Shown in pieces: positions 16,524 to 27,258 of a stretch of DNA of 64,000 nucleotides. The position numbers and the translations under genes are program-made. Where the stretch lies: positions 4,264 to 68,263 of the forward strand of contig JAZQIU010000022.1 of NCBI GenBank assembly GCA_045541255.1, read 5' to 3'. Origin of the DNA: Bacilli bacterium (GTDB lineage Bacteria > Bacillota_I > Bacilli_A > RF39 > UBA660). Position 1 is the stretch's first letter, and the number at the start of each line of letters is the position of its first letter. The notes under the pieces are model-generated. The model searched no databases. It was not told the DNA's origin and worked only from the letters and a program-made list of their open reading frames with translations.

Positions 16524-18943
16524 TATCTAGCCTGCACTTTATTATCGGTATTGTTAATCTCATACATAACATAATTTGTAGGTATTGTGTTTGAAAATGG
16601 TATTACATCAGAACCAAATACTAGCAATCCTTCACCAGCCTTTGCATCGCCTTCAATATATCTCGATTCTTCCTCGCTAATATTGAAAATACCGCATATA
16701 TGCGGTAAATCTAATGCTTTTTGTTTTAATATAACAGCAAACTCTGAATTAGATAATATCTTCCTACCTTGTTCATTTTCCAACATATCCGCAATATTTT
16801 GAGTTATTATCGTATTCATACCTAAAAATTTTCTTCCAACCTTATAGAATTTTGCAACATATTCTGCTGAATATGGATTTGCAAGTAAGATATGAACTTC
16901 ATCAATAAATATCCAAGTATATCTACCAATTTGTTTGTTTAATGTTAATCTATTCTGAATGTGATCTAAAACAACTAAATAACCAGTTTTTTGTAATGTT
17001 TGAGATAATTCACTTATATCAAAACTAACCAATCTATTTTTAATATCTATATTAGTATTTTTTGAAAAAATATCCAAAGAACCAGTTACATATCTTTCTA
17101 ATACCAATGCTAAATCCTGTGCTTCTTGTTCTGGTTGTTCTTTTAACTTTTTATAAAAATCAGGTAATTTAGGAAGTAATGTTTTGTCTTGATAATGACT
17201 ATTTTCATAATCTTCAAAGATTAACTTAGTGCACCTATCAATTATTGTTTTTTGTCCTCCACTTAATCCATTTGCACCTATAATACTTTCTAAAAAAGCA
17301 ATTATATACTCTGATTTAGACTTAATTGGATTATTATTACCACCATCAGTTAAACCATAATTCAAATCTAAATCAAATGGATTAATGTGTGTTTTAGATG
17401 TTGTAGATATTTTTATTGTTTGACCTTTAAAAACTTTTAACAACTCATCATACTCATTTTGAGGATCTATAATACAAACTTCATCCTCTGGGTAACGAAG
17501 TAAAATTTGTTCAATAAGCATTTTAACATTGAAAGATTTTCCTGCTCCTGATGTTGCCAAAACGCATCCATTACCATTAAGTAATTTCTTTCTATCACAG
17601 AATATTGCATTTTTACTAACTAAATTTCTACCATAAAAAATTGAATGTTCATGTAAAAAATCTTTACTATTAAAAGGAACATTAACTGCTGTTGCTTCGC
17701 TAGTTAATGTTCTTTGAAATTGTATAGAATTATGTCCAAGTGGGAGTGTATGTTGTAATCCTTCTAATTGTTGCCAAAGTAAAGCTCTCATTTCTACTAA
17801 CATCTCAGAAGCAATTTCATGAACTCTTACTGTTTGTTCTTCTAACTCTTCAAATGAATTTGCTATAATACATACCATAAAATTGTTTTGAAAAATCTTT
17901 TGATTATTTTTTTGTAAGTCATATTGCAATTGTTCTGCATTAGAAATTCTTGTTTCTAACTTTTTATCTTTAACATAGTTATAATCCAAATTATTTTTAC
18001 CTGCTCTTTTTATTTTTTCTAATCTTTCTGTTTCCATAGCTGATAAACTTCTATCCACTTGTTTAATCATTTTAGCAGAATTTGTTGGAGTAATATTTAA
18101 TGTTGTCATTAAATTTATATTATCTAATGTTGTTAAACGATTATAAAATCTAGGTGTTAAAGATTTAGGAAGTTTATTAACAAATAAAATTCTCATAAAT
18201 TTCTTTTCTTCTATCTCTATAAAATCAGATTCACGCATTGAAGCAACTTTAGGAGCAAGTGCATCATATAATGATAAATTATTATCTTTAGCATAATCTA
18301 TAATATTATTTATTTTGCGGTCTTCTAGTGTTTGAATATTAATAATATTATGAATAAATTCCAATCTTTCTTTTACTGAAACAATTCTTACTTTAGATTT
18401 TAATTCCTTAAACTTCTTTTCTGTTTTTAAATATATATTTAGGAATAAAGCATTTGCTTCTTCAAAATCCTTTGCTTTTAAAGATATAACGATATATCTT
18501 TTATTTTGAAGTGTATCTTCTTTAGAACCTAATGTTTTTTCTATTTCCATATTAAGTTCTTCTGCTATTTGTTTTTGTTTTGGATCATCAACAATACTAG
18601 AATCAAAAATAAATCTTTCTTTATATCTTTCAGTTTTTATTGGTGTTCCTGCATTTACTACTTCAATATGCGTATCCTCTCTAAAGGAATGTAGATATTC
18701 AAGCCATTTAAAAAAGATGTTTTCAGCATCTTCATCATTAGCTTTTGCAAATGATACATCAGAATATTCCATACATATTGAATATTCATCTTCTGTTATT
18801 CTAAATATACCTGTTTTTTCATCTACTTCTTTAAATAAATATGCAATCATATCTTGCGTAGTTTCCGGTATATAAACCTTATGAAATAGAGTTCTTTTTT
18901 TCTTTTTCTTCTTGTGTACCACTTTCTTTACTTTTTTCTTCAA
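16523..18943 (-). CDS. VirB4-family type IV secretion ATPase
   Basis: Walker A LATSGAGKSFNVK and Walker B WIFIDEVHILL. The 806-aa size is typical of Gram-positive VirB4 (Orf16/ConE/TcpF class). Confidence 0.9.
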   Translation of the reverse strand: MKKKVKKVVHKKKKKKRTLFHKVYIPETTQDMIAYLFKEVDEKTGIFRITEDEYSICMEYSDVSFAKANDEDAENIFFKWLEYLHSFREDTHIEVVNAGTPIKTERYKERFIFDSSIVDDPKQKQIAEELNMEIEKTLGSKEDTLQNKRYIVISLKAKDFEEANALFLNIYLKTEKKFKELKSKVRIVSVKERLEFIHNIINIQTLEDRKINNIIDYAKDNNLSLYDALAPKVASMRESDFIEIEEKKFMRILFVNKLPKSLTPRFYNRLTTLDNINLMTTLNITPTNSAKMIKQVDRSLSAMETERLEKIKRAGKNNLDYNYVKDKKLETRISNAEQLQYDLQKNNQKIFQNNFMVCIIANSFEELEEQTVRVHEIASEMLVEMRALLWQQLEGLQHTLPLGHNSIQFQRTLTSEATAVNVPFNSKDFLHEHSIFYGRNLVSKNAIFCDRKKLLNGNGCVLATSGAGKSFNVKMLIEQILLRYPEDEVCIIDPQNEYDELLKVFKGQTIKISTTSKTHINPFDLDLNYGLTDGGNNNPIKSKSEYIIAFLESIIGANGLSGGQKTIIDRCTKLIFEDYENSHYQDKTLLPKLPDFYKKLKEQPEQEAQDLALVLERYVTGSLDIFSKNTNIDIKNRLVSFDISELSQTLQKTGYLVVLDHIQNRLTLNKQIGRYTWIFIDEVHILLANPYSAEYVAKFYKVGRKFLGMNTIITQNIADMLENEQGRKILSNSEFAVILKQKALDLPHICGIFNISEEESRYIEGDAKAGEGLLVFGSDVIPFSNTIPTNYVMYEINNTDNKVQAR

Positions 18944-19514
18944 CTGGATTATTCTCCTTTCTCATAGCTTGCTCTACGAATTTTAATAACGCTTTTGTTT
19001 CTTCACTACTCAAAGAATAAGCATCCTCTTTTTTAGGTAATTCTGTTCCAAACTTCTTTCTTGCTCTTGCTAAATCTCTTTGTCTTTGTCGTTCTATTTT
19101 TAATTGTTTTTGTTTTTCTTTTTGTTCTTTTAACTTTTTCTTTGCTTCTATTTTTTGGTGTTTAGATATTTTAGGTTTCTTTCTTTTTTGTTCTTTTTCT
19201 AATCTCTTGTCTTCTTCTGTTTTATAATAAAGAGGTTTTGCAAAATTAATATAATTTCTCTTCCAAAAGAAAATGATTTTTTCAGCATTTAATCCTTGAA
19301 TAGGAATAAATCCAAAAAAGCCTAAAGGCAATGCAATAAAAATTACTATCCATCCTGTTAGATCTGAACCCAAAATAGGATTTAAAAATATATAGATAGG
19401 AACAACAGTAATAACTATTAAAATTGCAAATAACCATTGTCTTATTGTAAAACTATAAAACTTTTCTTTATAATCTTTTATTTCATCATGAATACGAGGT
19501 TCTATTCTATCCAT
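18879..19514 (-). CDS. PrgI-family-like conjugal transfer membrane protein with K/E-rich tail
   Basis: The N-terminus ...KEKFYSFTIRQWLFAILIVITVVPIYIFL plus a second TM resembles the PrgI family (F-G-L-T-x-R-Q motif region). It lies directly upstream of virB4 and overlaps it by 65 nt. Confidence 0.6.
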   Translation of the reverse strand: MDRIEPRIHDEIKDYKEKFYSFTIRQWLFAILIVITVVPIYIFLNPILGSDLTGWIVIFIALPLGFFGFIPIQGLNAEKIIFFWKRNYINFAKPLYYKTEEDKRLEKEQKRKKPKISKHQKIEAKKKLKEQKEKQKQLKIERQRQRDLARARKKFGTELPKKEDAYSLSSEETKALLKFVEQAMRKENNPVEEKSKESGTQEEKEKKNSIS

Positions 19515-19517
19515 ATT

Positions 19518-20336
19518 CTATCCTCCAGTCCATTTTTCTGCTAAGTTACTTGTAATTGAAATTAAAGCCATTAAAAAGCCATTTAAGAACATAATTGCTA
19601 TTAATGTACTGATTGAACCAGCATTAGTTAAAGAACCTAAAGCCATTGAATAAATTGCTGTTGCAACAACAATCATTGATGCTTCAATTCCTAATGCTAT
19701 TGTTGACATAAAAAATCTTTTACATACAGAAGTTCCATCTTCCCAAGCTCCAAGAGCAATAGGAATGGGTGAAAATGCAAAACTTAATATTAATTTACCA
19801 ATGCGGACAAAAACTTGTACTAATATCCCAACAAGTGTTCCCATAAAAGGAATATATAAAATTAATATAATAATAGCCATTAAACCCCTGTCTATCATTC
19901 CACCTGCATTTGATACTAAATCACCCATTTGCTCTGCTAAATCAGGAATTGAAGTTACACTTCCTAATGACGAAGTAACCTTAGTCAATAAATCATTTGA
20001 AATACTCATAATAGAAGATAATAAATGAAATGAATTTTCTAATAACATTTTAAATATAAAAAAACGGATACACATAAAAACTACCCGTTCCCAAGTTAAT
20101 CTTTCAAAATCCATTACTTTCTTTAGAAAATCCATTAAAAAGAATAAAGTTAATAAGCTAAGTCCAATAGGAACAACAACATTATGAAGATTTGAAGCAA
20201 GTCTCCAAATTGATGTTCCTGTTATAATATTCCAATTACATAAACTTCTTATAGTTCCAACAAAATTTCCAAAGTCGATATTAAAACCAAGAACAGAGAA
20301 AGTTATTTTAAATATATTCTCTATTAGTTTATCCAT
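19518..20336 (-). CDS. polytopic membrane protein, VirB6/TrbL-like channel component by position
   Basis: 272 aa with about 6 hydrophobic segments. It sits between the Maff2-like and PrgI-like genes, the usual VirB6-analogue slot. Confidence 0.5.
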   Translation of the reverse strand: MDKLIENIFKITFSVLGFNIDFGNFVGTIRSLCNWNIITGTSIWRLASNLHNVVVPIGLSLLTLFFLMDFLKKVMDFERLTWERVVFMCIRFFIFKMLLENSFHLLSSIMSISNDLLTKVTSSLGSVTSIPDLAEQMGDLVSNAGGMIDRGLMAIIILILYIPFMGTLVGILVQVFVRIGKLILSFAFSPIPIALGAWEDGTSVCKRFFMSTIALGIEASMIVVATAIYSMALGSLTNAGSISTLIAIMFLNGFLMALISITSNLAEKWTGG

Positions 20337-20361
20337 ATATCATCTCCTTGTGATAATTCTT

Positions 20362-20682
20362 TTATAAACCAAATAAGTTCTTAGATAATGCAATTCCAAC
20401 AACCATTCCGCCAGCCATGATTGTCATTAATGCTCTTGATTTTCCTTCAGCATCTTCTCTTTGAAAAGATAAAGCAAACATAACTCCACCTACTAACATT
20501 ACTACTCCACCAATTTTAATCAACCAATCACATACAAAATCGATAAATGTATCAATGCTACTTGTATTACTATTTAAAGCATATACTCTTGTTGCACTTA
20601 ATATAAAACTACATAAAACAATATATAAGACATTTACAACTTTTTTAAAACTACATTTCACACCTGAAATAAGTTTCTTCAT
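20362..20682 (-). CDS. Maff2-family-like small membrane protein
   Basis: 106 aa with a signal/TM, then ...IGGVVMLVGGVMFALSFQREDAEGKSRALMTIMAGGMVVGIA, resembling Maff2 family proteins found next to VirD4 in Firmicutes elements. Confidence 0.55.
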   Translation of the reverse strand: MKKLISGVKCSFKKVVNVLYIVLCSFILSATRVYALNSNTSSIDTFIDFVCDWLIKIGGVVMLVGGVMFALSFQREDAEGKSRALMTIMAGGMVVGIALSKNLFGL

Positions 20683-20706
20683 CTTATTCTCCTTTTCTAT
20701 TAAATT

Positions 20707-22677
20707 TTATAAACTGTCTAATAATTCATCAGTTATAGTTTTATTTGATAATAAAATATCACTATCCATTTTATTTAATTCAAATTCTGTTATAGGACGC
20801 ATTTCTAATTTTTGTACTTTAGCAAAAGGAAGTCCTAATTCATTTAACATCGTTTGATATTTATTCATTTCCTTTGTCATTTCTCTTTGTCGTTTATGAT
20901 CATAATAATTATGTGCTGTTCTTTCTTTATCCCAAGGTTCAAATAATTCATTATATCTAGGATGTTGTTTTAAATTATAAACTTTTGATGTAAAAGGACG
21001 AAGACCAGAAACTAGCAAAATACAATATCCTTCTTTCATTCTTGCAATTTCATCTACCGTTGATAATTCCCTACCTACTATATCCCAATTTGTAGAAGAT
21101 GAGCCTTGTTTAGAAAAAGTTCTTCCTGAACTCTTTTTATACCAAGTTTTCTTTCCCATAAGTAAAGAAATGTATTCTAAAGTCTCTTTACTTCGTGATC
21201 CAAGAAATAAAGTGTAATCGCAACAATCTAACCCTGTTTCCCAATTATCTTTATATACTTTTTTATATTGAGATAAACTCTGTAATCCTATTGTTACACC
21301 ACAATTTAATCCTCTAATATAAGCAAGCATTTCTAAAAAGCGTGGTATTGTTCCTAGCTGACTCCATTCATCCATATAAATTTGACAACCTGATGGTAAT
21401 GAACCATTATGCTGACTTGCATTATAATCTATTATTGTAAATATTTGAGAATATAAGATATTTGCAAGAAAGTTAAAAGTAGAATTGTTTGGACTTGTTA
21501 TTATAAAACAAGCAATTTTTCCTTTATCTCCTGCCTCTCCAATTCTACTTAATTCTAATGTATCAGTAGTAGTCATATTTTCAAGTTCTGCTATATTAAA
21601 TGGTGCAAGTCTAGCTGAAGCAGTCATAATAATTGTTGACATCATTTTTGGAGACGATGCAGACACTTTAAAATGATTCCATTGTTTTATACCGACATTA
21701 TCTGGATCTTTTCTTTCCCAAGCATCAAATAATCTTCCAAGTTGTGAATTACCTTCTTTATCAGGTTCTGCAAGTCTAATTAATTCAAGAATAGTTTTAA
21801 AGTTCTTATCCTTGTCTTCATAATTGAAAATAACATAATACATAATAGCTTGTAGAAAGACCATCTCCGCTTTTTCCCAGAATGGGTCACCTGTATTACT
21901 TTCAATAGTATCAGATTTAGTATTTTGCATTAATACATTAATAAGTGTCATTACATCATCTTCTTGTATTCTTTCTTTTTGAATTTCTTCAGATATTGAA
22001 AGACCATTATTCATGTCAATTTCTCTATATTCTTTTGGTATTCTTCTAATATACATTAATGGATTGAAATTATCAGATTGACTTTTATCTACTAAATTTA
22101 AAACCTTTATATCATAACCATTATTTACTAAAGACATTCCGCAATCTCTCAATAGTTCACCTTTAGGGTCTGTAATGATTAGTGATTCTCCATTTGCACT
22201 TAATATATTAGGTTTAAAATAACTTCTACTTTTCCCAGTCCCAGGTCTTCCAATCAAGGTTACATTTCTATTTCTTTTTGATATTCTCATATTTTTAGAA
22301 AATAATTCTGTTGATGTGAAAATTTGATTATTTTCAAAAACTGGATCTCTAAACTTTTTTATAGTATCAGGAGTTTCCCAATCAGAAGAACCATAAGTAT
22401 TTTCTTGAATATTCTTTTTTATAGATAATTGATAATTAAATATAATTACAAAAGTCATAAAGCCAACAAAAATAGAAATACCAATAGTTTGAGTATTTAT
22501 TATTAATGGTGTATTAAATTTATAGATTGTATTTAACGCCTCATTCAAATAATCTACTTTAAAATCGCCACCATTTTGTTCTACTAAAGTACATACTCTT
22601 AATGTGAAATAAGAGGCGATTAAAACTATTAAAAAAATAAGAACATAATTTGTTTTATGTTCTCGTTTAACGATCAA
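20707..22677 (-). CDS. VirD4/TraG-type type IV coupling protein
   Basis: Two N-terminal TMs and Walker A LIGRPGTGKSRS. Also YMDEWSQLGTIPRFLEMLAYIRGLNCGVTIGLQSLSQ, typical of the TraG/TraD family. Confidence 0.9.
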   Translation of the reverse strand: MIVKREHKTNYVLIFLIVLIASYFTLRVCTLVEQNGGDFKVDYLNEALNTIYKFNTPLIINTQTIGISIFVGFMTFVIIFNYQLSIKKNIQENTYGSSDWETPDTIKKFRDPVFENNQIFTSTELFSKNMRISKRNRNVTLIGRPGTGKSRSYFKPNILSANGESLIITDPKGELLRDCGMSLVNNGYDIKVLNLVDKSQSDNFNPLMYIRRIPKEYREIDMNNGLSISEEIQKERIQEDDVMTLINVLMQNTKSDTIESNTGDPFWEKAEMVFLQAIMYYVIFNYEDKDKNFKTILELIRLAEPDKEGNSQLGRLFDAWERKDPDNVGIKQWNHFKVSASSPKMMSTIIMTASARLAPFNIAELENMTTTDTLELSRIGEAGDKGKIACFIITSPNNSTFNFLANILYSQIFTIIDYNASQHNGSLPSGCQIYMDEWSQLGTIPRFLEMLAYIRGLNCGVTIGLQSLSQYKKVYKDNWETGLDCCDYTLFLGSRSKETLEYISLLMGKKTWYKKSSGRTFSKQGSSSTNWDIVGRELSTVDEIARMKEGYCILLVSGLRPFTSKVYNLKQHPRYNELFEPWDKERTAHNYYDHKRQREMTKEMNKYQTMLNELGLPFAKVQKLEMRPITEFELNKMDSDILLSNKTITDELLDSL

Positions 22678-23875
22678 TTAGTTGTTCCTCTTCTAATTCT
22701 ATTGAAGGAGCAATATCTAAAGTATTCTCCTTTTCTTCAGCAAATTCATTAGCCTCTCTTAACAAATCTGCTGTTGAAGACTTTTTTTTAACTTCTTCCG
22801 CCATTTCTTTAGTATCTTTTTCTCTTACATAAGCATTTATAGTTCCATCAGAATTATGAATAGCAACAAAATCTTTACCTTTATATGTGTTTTTAAATGC
22901 ACTAAAATCATTATCGTTATTTAACTTAACACTAATTATATTATTGCTATTACTTTCTGCTTCTATTTCTTTAGCTCCACTTGCACCATATTCTTTTATA
23001 GGTTTGTCAAGAGGAGCAAATTTTTTATATTCTTCTAAATCGTCTGAATTAATCGCTACAATTACCTCACCATTAGGCATTACTTTAGCACCATGTGATT
23101 TTAATTCAAATAATTGTTCTCTTATTTCACAATACTCTGATTTAGATATTTTTTGATGACAGAAGTTTTTAGTATAATCTCTAACAAAACAAGAACCATA
23201 GTCAGTTCCTATTTCTAATTGTTCTGGATATATATTTATATCTCTTGAAACAATCTTACTATCTTTATCTATTAAGCCATTATCATTTATTTCATCAAGA
23301 TCTTCAGATATAGTTCTTTGTGTTCTCTTCTTTTCTAATATTTCTAACTGTTCATTAAAGAAAGCAAGATGACTTTTATTACACAAAATAATATATCTTT
23401 CATCAGGATACTTTAAATTATCTTCTTTAGAACGCTCTCTAAATTTATCTGTTTTTCTTTGACTAAGCCATCCTAAAAAAGGAACATTTTTAAAAACTTT
23501 TCTTCTTTCATTCCATTTTTCAAATTTTATTTCATTCTTTGCAAGTTTTTCTTGTTTATGCAACGATTGATTTTTTCCTTCATCCCCATCTGGTTGCATC
23601 TTTTTTACACCAACTAATATTCCATTTTCCCTCGCATTTGTAATTAACTCTTTTGCTTCCGCTCTAGTTAAAGGAGATGATACAGCAAGTTCTTTTGTTG
23701 CACCATCTTTCTTTAAGGCTCTTAATGATGAAGAAAAATGTTTTTGATAATACTTTCTAGCTTTAGATGTTGCTTTTGCCATTAGTCTTGCTAATATTCC
23801 TGTGCTTTTAGTTGATGCTCGTACTGCTCTTTCTGATGCGTGTTCTAAATCACTTTTTGCATTTCCATCAGTCAT
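22667..23875 (-). CDS. PcfB-like (DUF3801-type N-terminal domain) protein
   Basis: N-terminal ...SLRALKKDGATKELAVSSPLTRAEAKELITNARENGILVGVKK resembles the PcfB/DUF3801 family that habitually precedes VirD4. It overlaps the coupling-protein gene by 11 nt. Confidence 0.5.
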   Translation of the reverse strand: MTDGNAKSDLEHASERAVRASTKSTGILARLMAKATSKARKYYQKHFSSSLRALKKDGATKELAVSSPLTRAEAKELITNARENGILVGVKKMQPDGDEGKNQSLHKQEKLAKNEIKFEKWNERRKVFKNVPFLGWLSQRKTDKFRERSKEDNLKYPDERYIILCNKSHLAFFNEQLEILEKKRTQRTISEDLDEINDNGLIDKDSKIVSRDINIYPEQLEIGTDYGSCFVRDYTKNFCHQKISKSEYCEIREQLFELKSHGAKVMPNGEVIVAINSDDLEEYKKFAPLDKPIKEYGASGAKEIEAESNSNNIISVKLNNDNDFSAFKNTYKGKDFVAIHNSDGTINAYVREKDTKEMAEEVKKKSSTADLLREANEFAEEKENTLDIAPSIELEEEQLIDR

Positions 23876-23879
23876 TAAA

Positions 23880-26800
23880 TTATGCTACCTCCTTCTCTAA
23901 ATACTTATCTTTTACTTCTGTTAATTCTTTGTCTTGAAAAAAAGTAGTTAAAAAAGCAACAACTTCATCAGAAGTTTTAAACATTCCATTTTGAACAAGT
24001 TCATTTCTATATGGAGCAATATTTCTTCCTTCTGGTTTATACAAATATACATCATTTAATTTAACATGCACTACCGTTTCAAAACATTCGTAATCAGGTT
24101 CAATCGTTGCTGTTTTAAATTCTAATCTATCTAATCCTGATTTGTAAGTTACATCTTTAAATGACTTGATTAACTTATTAAAATCAACTTTGTCGTTTTT
24201 ACTAAACTGAATAACTTTACTTTCTTTTTTAGATAATCCTTTTCTTATTTCTTCAATACCATAATTACCAATATAACTTCCTTCTTTGGTATAAAAACTT
24301 AATTGTTCATTTTTAGATAATTCTAAAATAATATTTTCTTTATCATCTTTACACTTGATTAAATTAATTGAAATATAACCTATAATATTATCTATATTTA
24401 TTGGTATTTTAATAAAGTTACTACAATATTCACAATTTGTTTTAGGTACTTTTATAGTTTCTTTATCACCCTTTTTATATGAAGCAGGATAAAATACACT
24501 TAAATATTCTGTTATTTCATTAAATGCTAATCTTTTTTCATAAGTCTTTTCTTCACCATCAAACTTATATTTTGATATTCCTGTTCCTGTTAAAAAGTTC
24601 TTTTTAGGATGAACAATTAGATAACTATTATCTTGATTCCATTTACATATTTTTTTCATAATAAAAAGTAAAATATTCTTATCATTTGTTTTTACATAAT
24701 AACCGTTATCAGTTTCTTTAAATATTCTACTTTTAAAAACCTTACATACGGGTTCTTTTTGTGGGATAAAAGGTTGAACTTCTTTTATTGTTTCATCTGC
24801 TGGTATTTCTTCTTTCTTTTCTTCCTTTGAATTTTCACTTTCAAAAACATTATTTTTTTTACTTGTTTTATCCTCCCAATAATATTTTAATTCTTCAGCA
24901 CTTTTCTCATATTTAAAATTACCATGCTTATTATATACCTTATATTTATTTCCACTTTTTAATTTAGTAAAGATTATTTCACCAGACCAATTACATTCAT
25001 TTTTAGGTATATAAAAATAATCTTTTGCACCTGTATTAGGTATTCTCACAAAATAATGCGTATTAGTTTCAAAAGATGGATTTAAAAGTGTTTGATTTAT
25101 AGAAAATACATAATCTTTATTTACATCTTGTTCTTTATGAATTTCTTTTTTCAAATTATTCTGTTCCAATCCATTTTCTTTTATTAATTGTTCTTTTTCT
25201 AATTTCATTTTGCCATCTAAATTATTAAAGAAAAGTATTGTTTTGTAATTACCAGTTTTACCTTTAAATTCATTACTAATAAATTCTTTATTAATATTTA
25301 AAAATAAACATCCATATTTAAAAAAATCCATATTATCTGGATTTAAGAATAATCTATCTTGAATGTTTTCTTTAAATAACTTCATAATATCATTATCATA
25401 AACAAGAATACCATCTAAATCTTTGGTATCATTAATAATATATAATTCCTCAACTTCTTCTAAAGCAAGTTTATCTTTATCACTAAGTCCTTTTTCATAT
25501 TGTTTTATAACCTGCTGTTTTTGTTCAAAAGTAAGATTTACTCTTGCACTACCATTTATATTTTTTATATAAGTTTTATCAAATAAATCTTCATATTTAA
25601 ACCGATGTAAGGTTTCATAATTTGAATATTCATTGTCATTATTTAACACATCGTATATTAATAAAGCAGTATTTAATTTCATAGCGTTTTTAGATAAATA
25701 TTTAGTAGATTCTAAATGAAATAATCTTAACGCTTCATTATTGATTTGTTCTTTTTTTAATTCATAATATCCTGATAATACTTTATCATTCCTTTTATCT
25801 AAAAATTCCGCTAATTCATTTTTAATACGATCATCCATAACAATTGATTGAAAATTACTAATTGGATTAACCTTTGTAGAAATATTTTTAGGATAGATTA
25901 TTTCATCTAATTCTTCTTTAGTAAAATCAGTCTTTTTTAATAAATATTCTTTATATAAAGATTCATCTAATGTTGATGTTATAAACTCATCTTTCTTTGC
26001 CTTCTCAAAAACATCATGAATATTTAAAACAGATAATTCTTTATCCATAAAGTAATAATAATCCATCATAAATTCAAAAGCAGATATTCTAGCTTTTACA
26101 ATTTCTTGTTTAGGAATATTATCATTACCTATATCACCAAAATCTTTATAGTTACCTAATTTTGAAATATCAAGAACATCAACTTTAAATCCTTGCTTCA
26201 ATAGATTGGGAATTTGTTCAATCATCTTTTTTCTGCCTATATTTTCTTTATCATTTTTAAAATCATTATCTAATGCTAATACTAATGTTGAATTATCTTT
26301 CTTTAATAATTTTATATGTTCCTCTGTTATTGCTGTTCCCATTAAAGCAACAACATTATTAAATCCTAATTGTTTAGCTGAAATGACATCCATATAACCT
26401 TCAACAATATATAATTCATCATTATAAGAATATTTTTTAGCATCATGATAATTATATAGTAGTTCTTTTTTATGAAATATAGGTGTTTCTTTTGTATGAA
26501 GATATTTTGGTTCTTCATCTTTTATTGTTCTTCCTGCAAAAGTAATAACATTACCTTTTTCATCACAAATCGGAAACATTATCCTATCAACAAAAGTTTC
26601 ATAATATCCATTATCACCTAATTGAATTAATCCCAAATCAGTTAATTGATGTGGTTTTATTTTTGCATTTGGATCATTATTTTCTGACATTCTTATTATT
26701 TGACCTTTGGGAGCAAATCCTATATTCATTTCTTTTATTAATTCATCCGTTAATCCTCTATCTTTTAAATACTTTAAAGGTGCATCTCTAACAGCAGTTA

Positions 26801-27230
26801 AATTATAATTAAATAGTTTTGCCATATAATTATTTACTTCTATTAAAGATTGCTCTTCTTTATTATATTTTCTCGCAGTTGTAGTATATTGATAATTCAT
26901 TTGATTCTTTTTCAATTTTGATAAATCAATTTTCAAATTACATATTTCAGCAATTTTAATTAAAGCGTCATTTGATGAAATAGGATTATGATTAATTTCA
27001 GTTTCATACTTTTTTACAAAAGTTAAGACATTACCTCCAGCACCACAAGGAAAACAATGAAACAAATTCTTTTTATCATCCACTTTCATACTAGGAGAAT
27101 GATCTGCATGAAAAGGACAAATCGCATTTCCTTTACTTACATTTATTCCATAGTAATTCATTACATCTACAATATTGACATTATTTAGAACCTCTTTATA
27201 TATATCTGATATAATTATCCCTCCAATCAT
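23880..27230 (-). CDS. DNA primase (CHC2 zinc finger plus Toprim) with ~700-aa unknown C-terminal extension
   Basis: CPFHADHSPSMKVDDKKNLFHCFPCGAGGNVLTFV is a CHC2 Zn finger. ELYIVEGYMDVISAKQLGF...LALDNDFKNDKENIGRKK is a Toprim E...DxD signature. Confidence 0.85.
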   Translation of the reverse strand: MIGGIIISDIYKEVLNNVNIVDVMNYYGINVSKGNAICPFHADHSPSMKVDDKKNLFHCFPCGAGGNVLTFVKKYETEINHNPISSNDALIKIAEICNLKIDLSKLKKNQMNYQYTTTARKYNKEEQSLIEVNNYMAKLFNYNLTAVRDAPLKYLKDRGLTDELIKEMNIGFAPKGQIIRMSENNDPNAKIKPHQLTDLGLIQLGDNGYYETFVDRIMFPICDEKGNVITFAGRTIKDEEPKYLHTKETPIFHKKELLYNYHDAKKYSYNDELYIVEGYMDVISAKQLGFNNVVALMGTAITEEHIKLLKKDNSTLVLALDNDFKNDKENIGRKKMIEQIPNLLKQGFKVDVLDISKLGNYKDFGDIGNDNIPKQEIVKARISAFEFMMDYYYFMDKELSVLNIHDVFEKAKKDEFITSTLDESLYKEYLLKKTDFTKEELDEIIYPKNISTKVNPISNFQSIVMDDRIKNELAEFLDKRNDKVLSGYYELKKEQINNEALRLFHLESTKYLSKNAMKLNTALLIYDVLNNDNEYSNYETLHRFKYEDLFDKTYIKNINGSARVNLTFEQKQQVIKQYEKGLSDKDKLALEEVEELYIINDTKDLDGILVYDNDIMKLFKENIQDRLFLNPDNMDFFKYGCLFLNINKEFISNEFKGKTGNYKTILFFNNLDGKMKLEKEQLIKENGLEQNNLKKEIHKEQDVNKDYVFSINQTLLNPSFETNTHYFVRIPNTGAKDYFYIPKNECNWSGEIIFTKLKSGNKYKVYNKHGNFKYEKSAEELKYYWEDKTSKKNNVFESENSKEEKKEEIPADETIKEVQPFIPQKEPVCKVFKSRIFKETDNGYYVKTNDKNILLFIMKKICKWNQDNSYLIVHPKKNFLTGTGISKYKFDGEEKTYEKRLAFNEITEYLSVFYPASYKKGDKETIKVPKTNCEYCSNFIKIPINIDNIIGYISINLIKCKDDKENIILELSKNEQLSFYTKEGSYIGNYGIEEIRKGLSKKESKVIQFSKNDKVDFNKLIKSFKDVTYKSGLDRLEFKTATIEPDYECFETVVHVKLNDVYLYKPEGRNIAPYRNELVQNGMFKTSDEVVAFLTTFFQDKELTEVKDKYLEKEVA

Positions 27231-27258
27231 CTGTCAAGTTCTAAATCTAAATTTTATA

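Noticed and set aside
18885-18905. A dnaX-like slippery heptamer A-AAA-AAG in the PrgI-like reading frame, which might fuse it to VirB4 by -1 frameshifting.
   Set aside because: Working through the frames, VirB4 is in the +1 (not -1) frame relative to the PrgI-like ORF. The -1 frame hits a stop within ~15 codons. No fusion product is possible by the classic mechanism.
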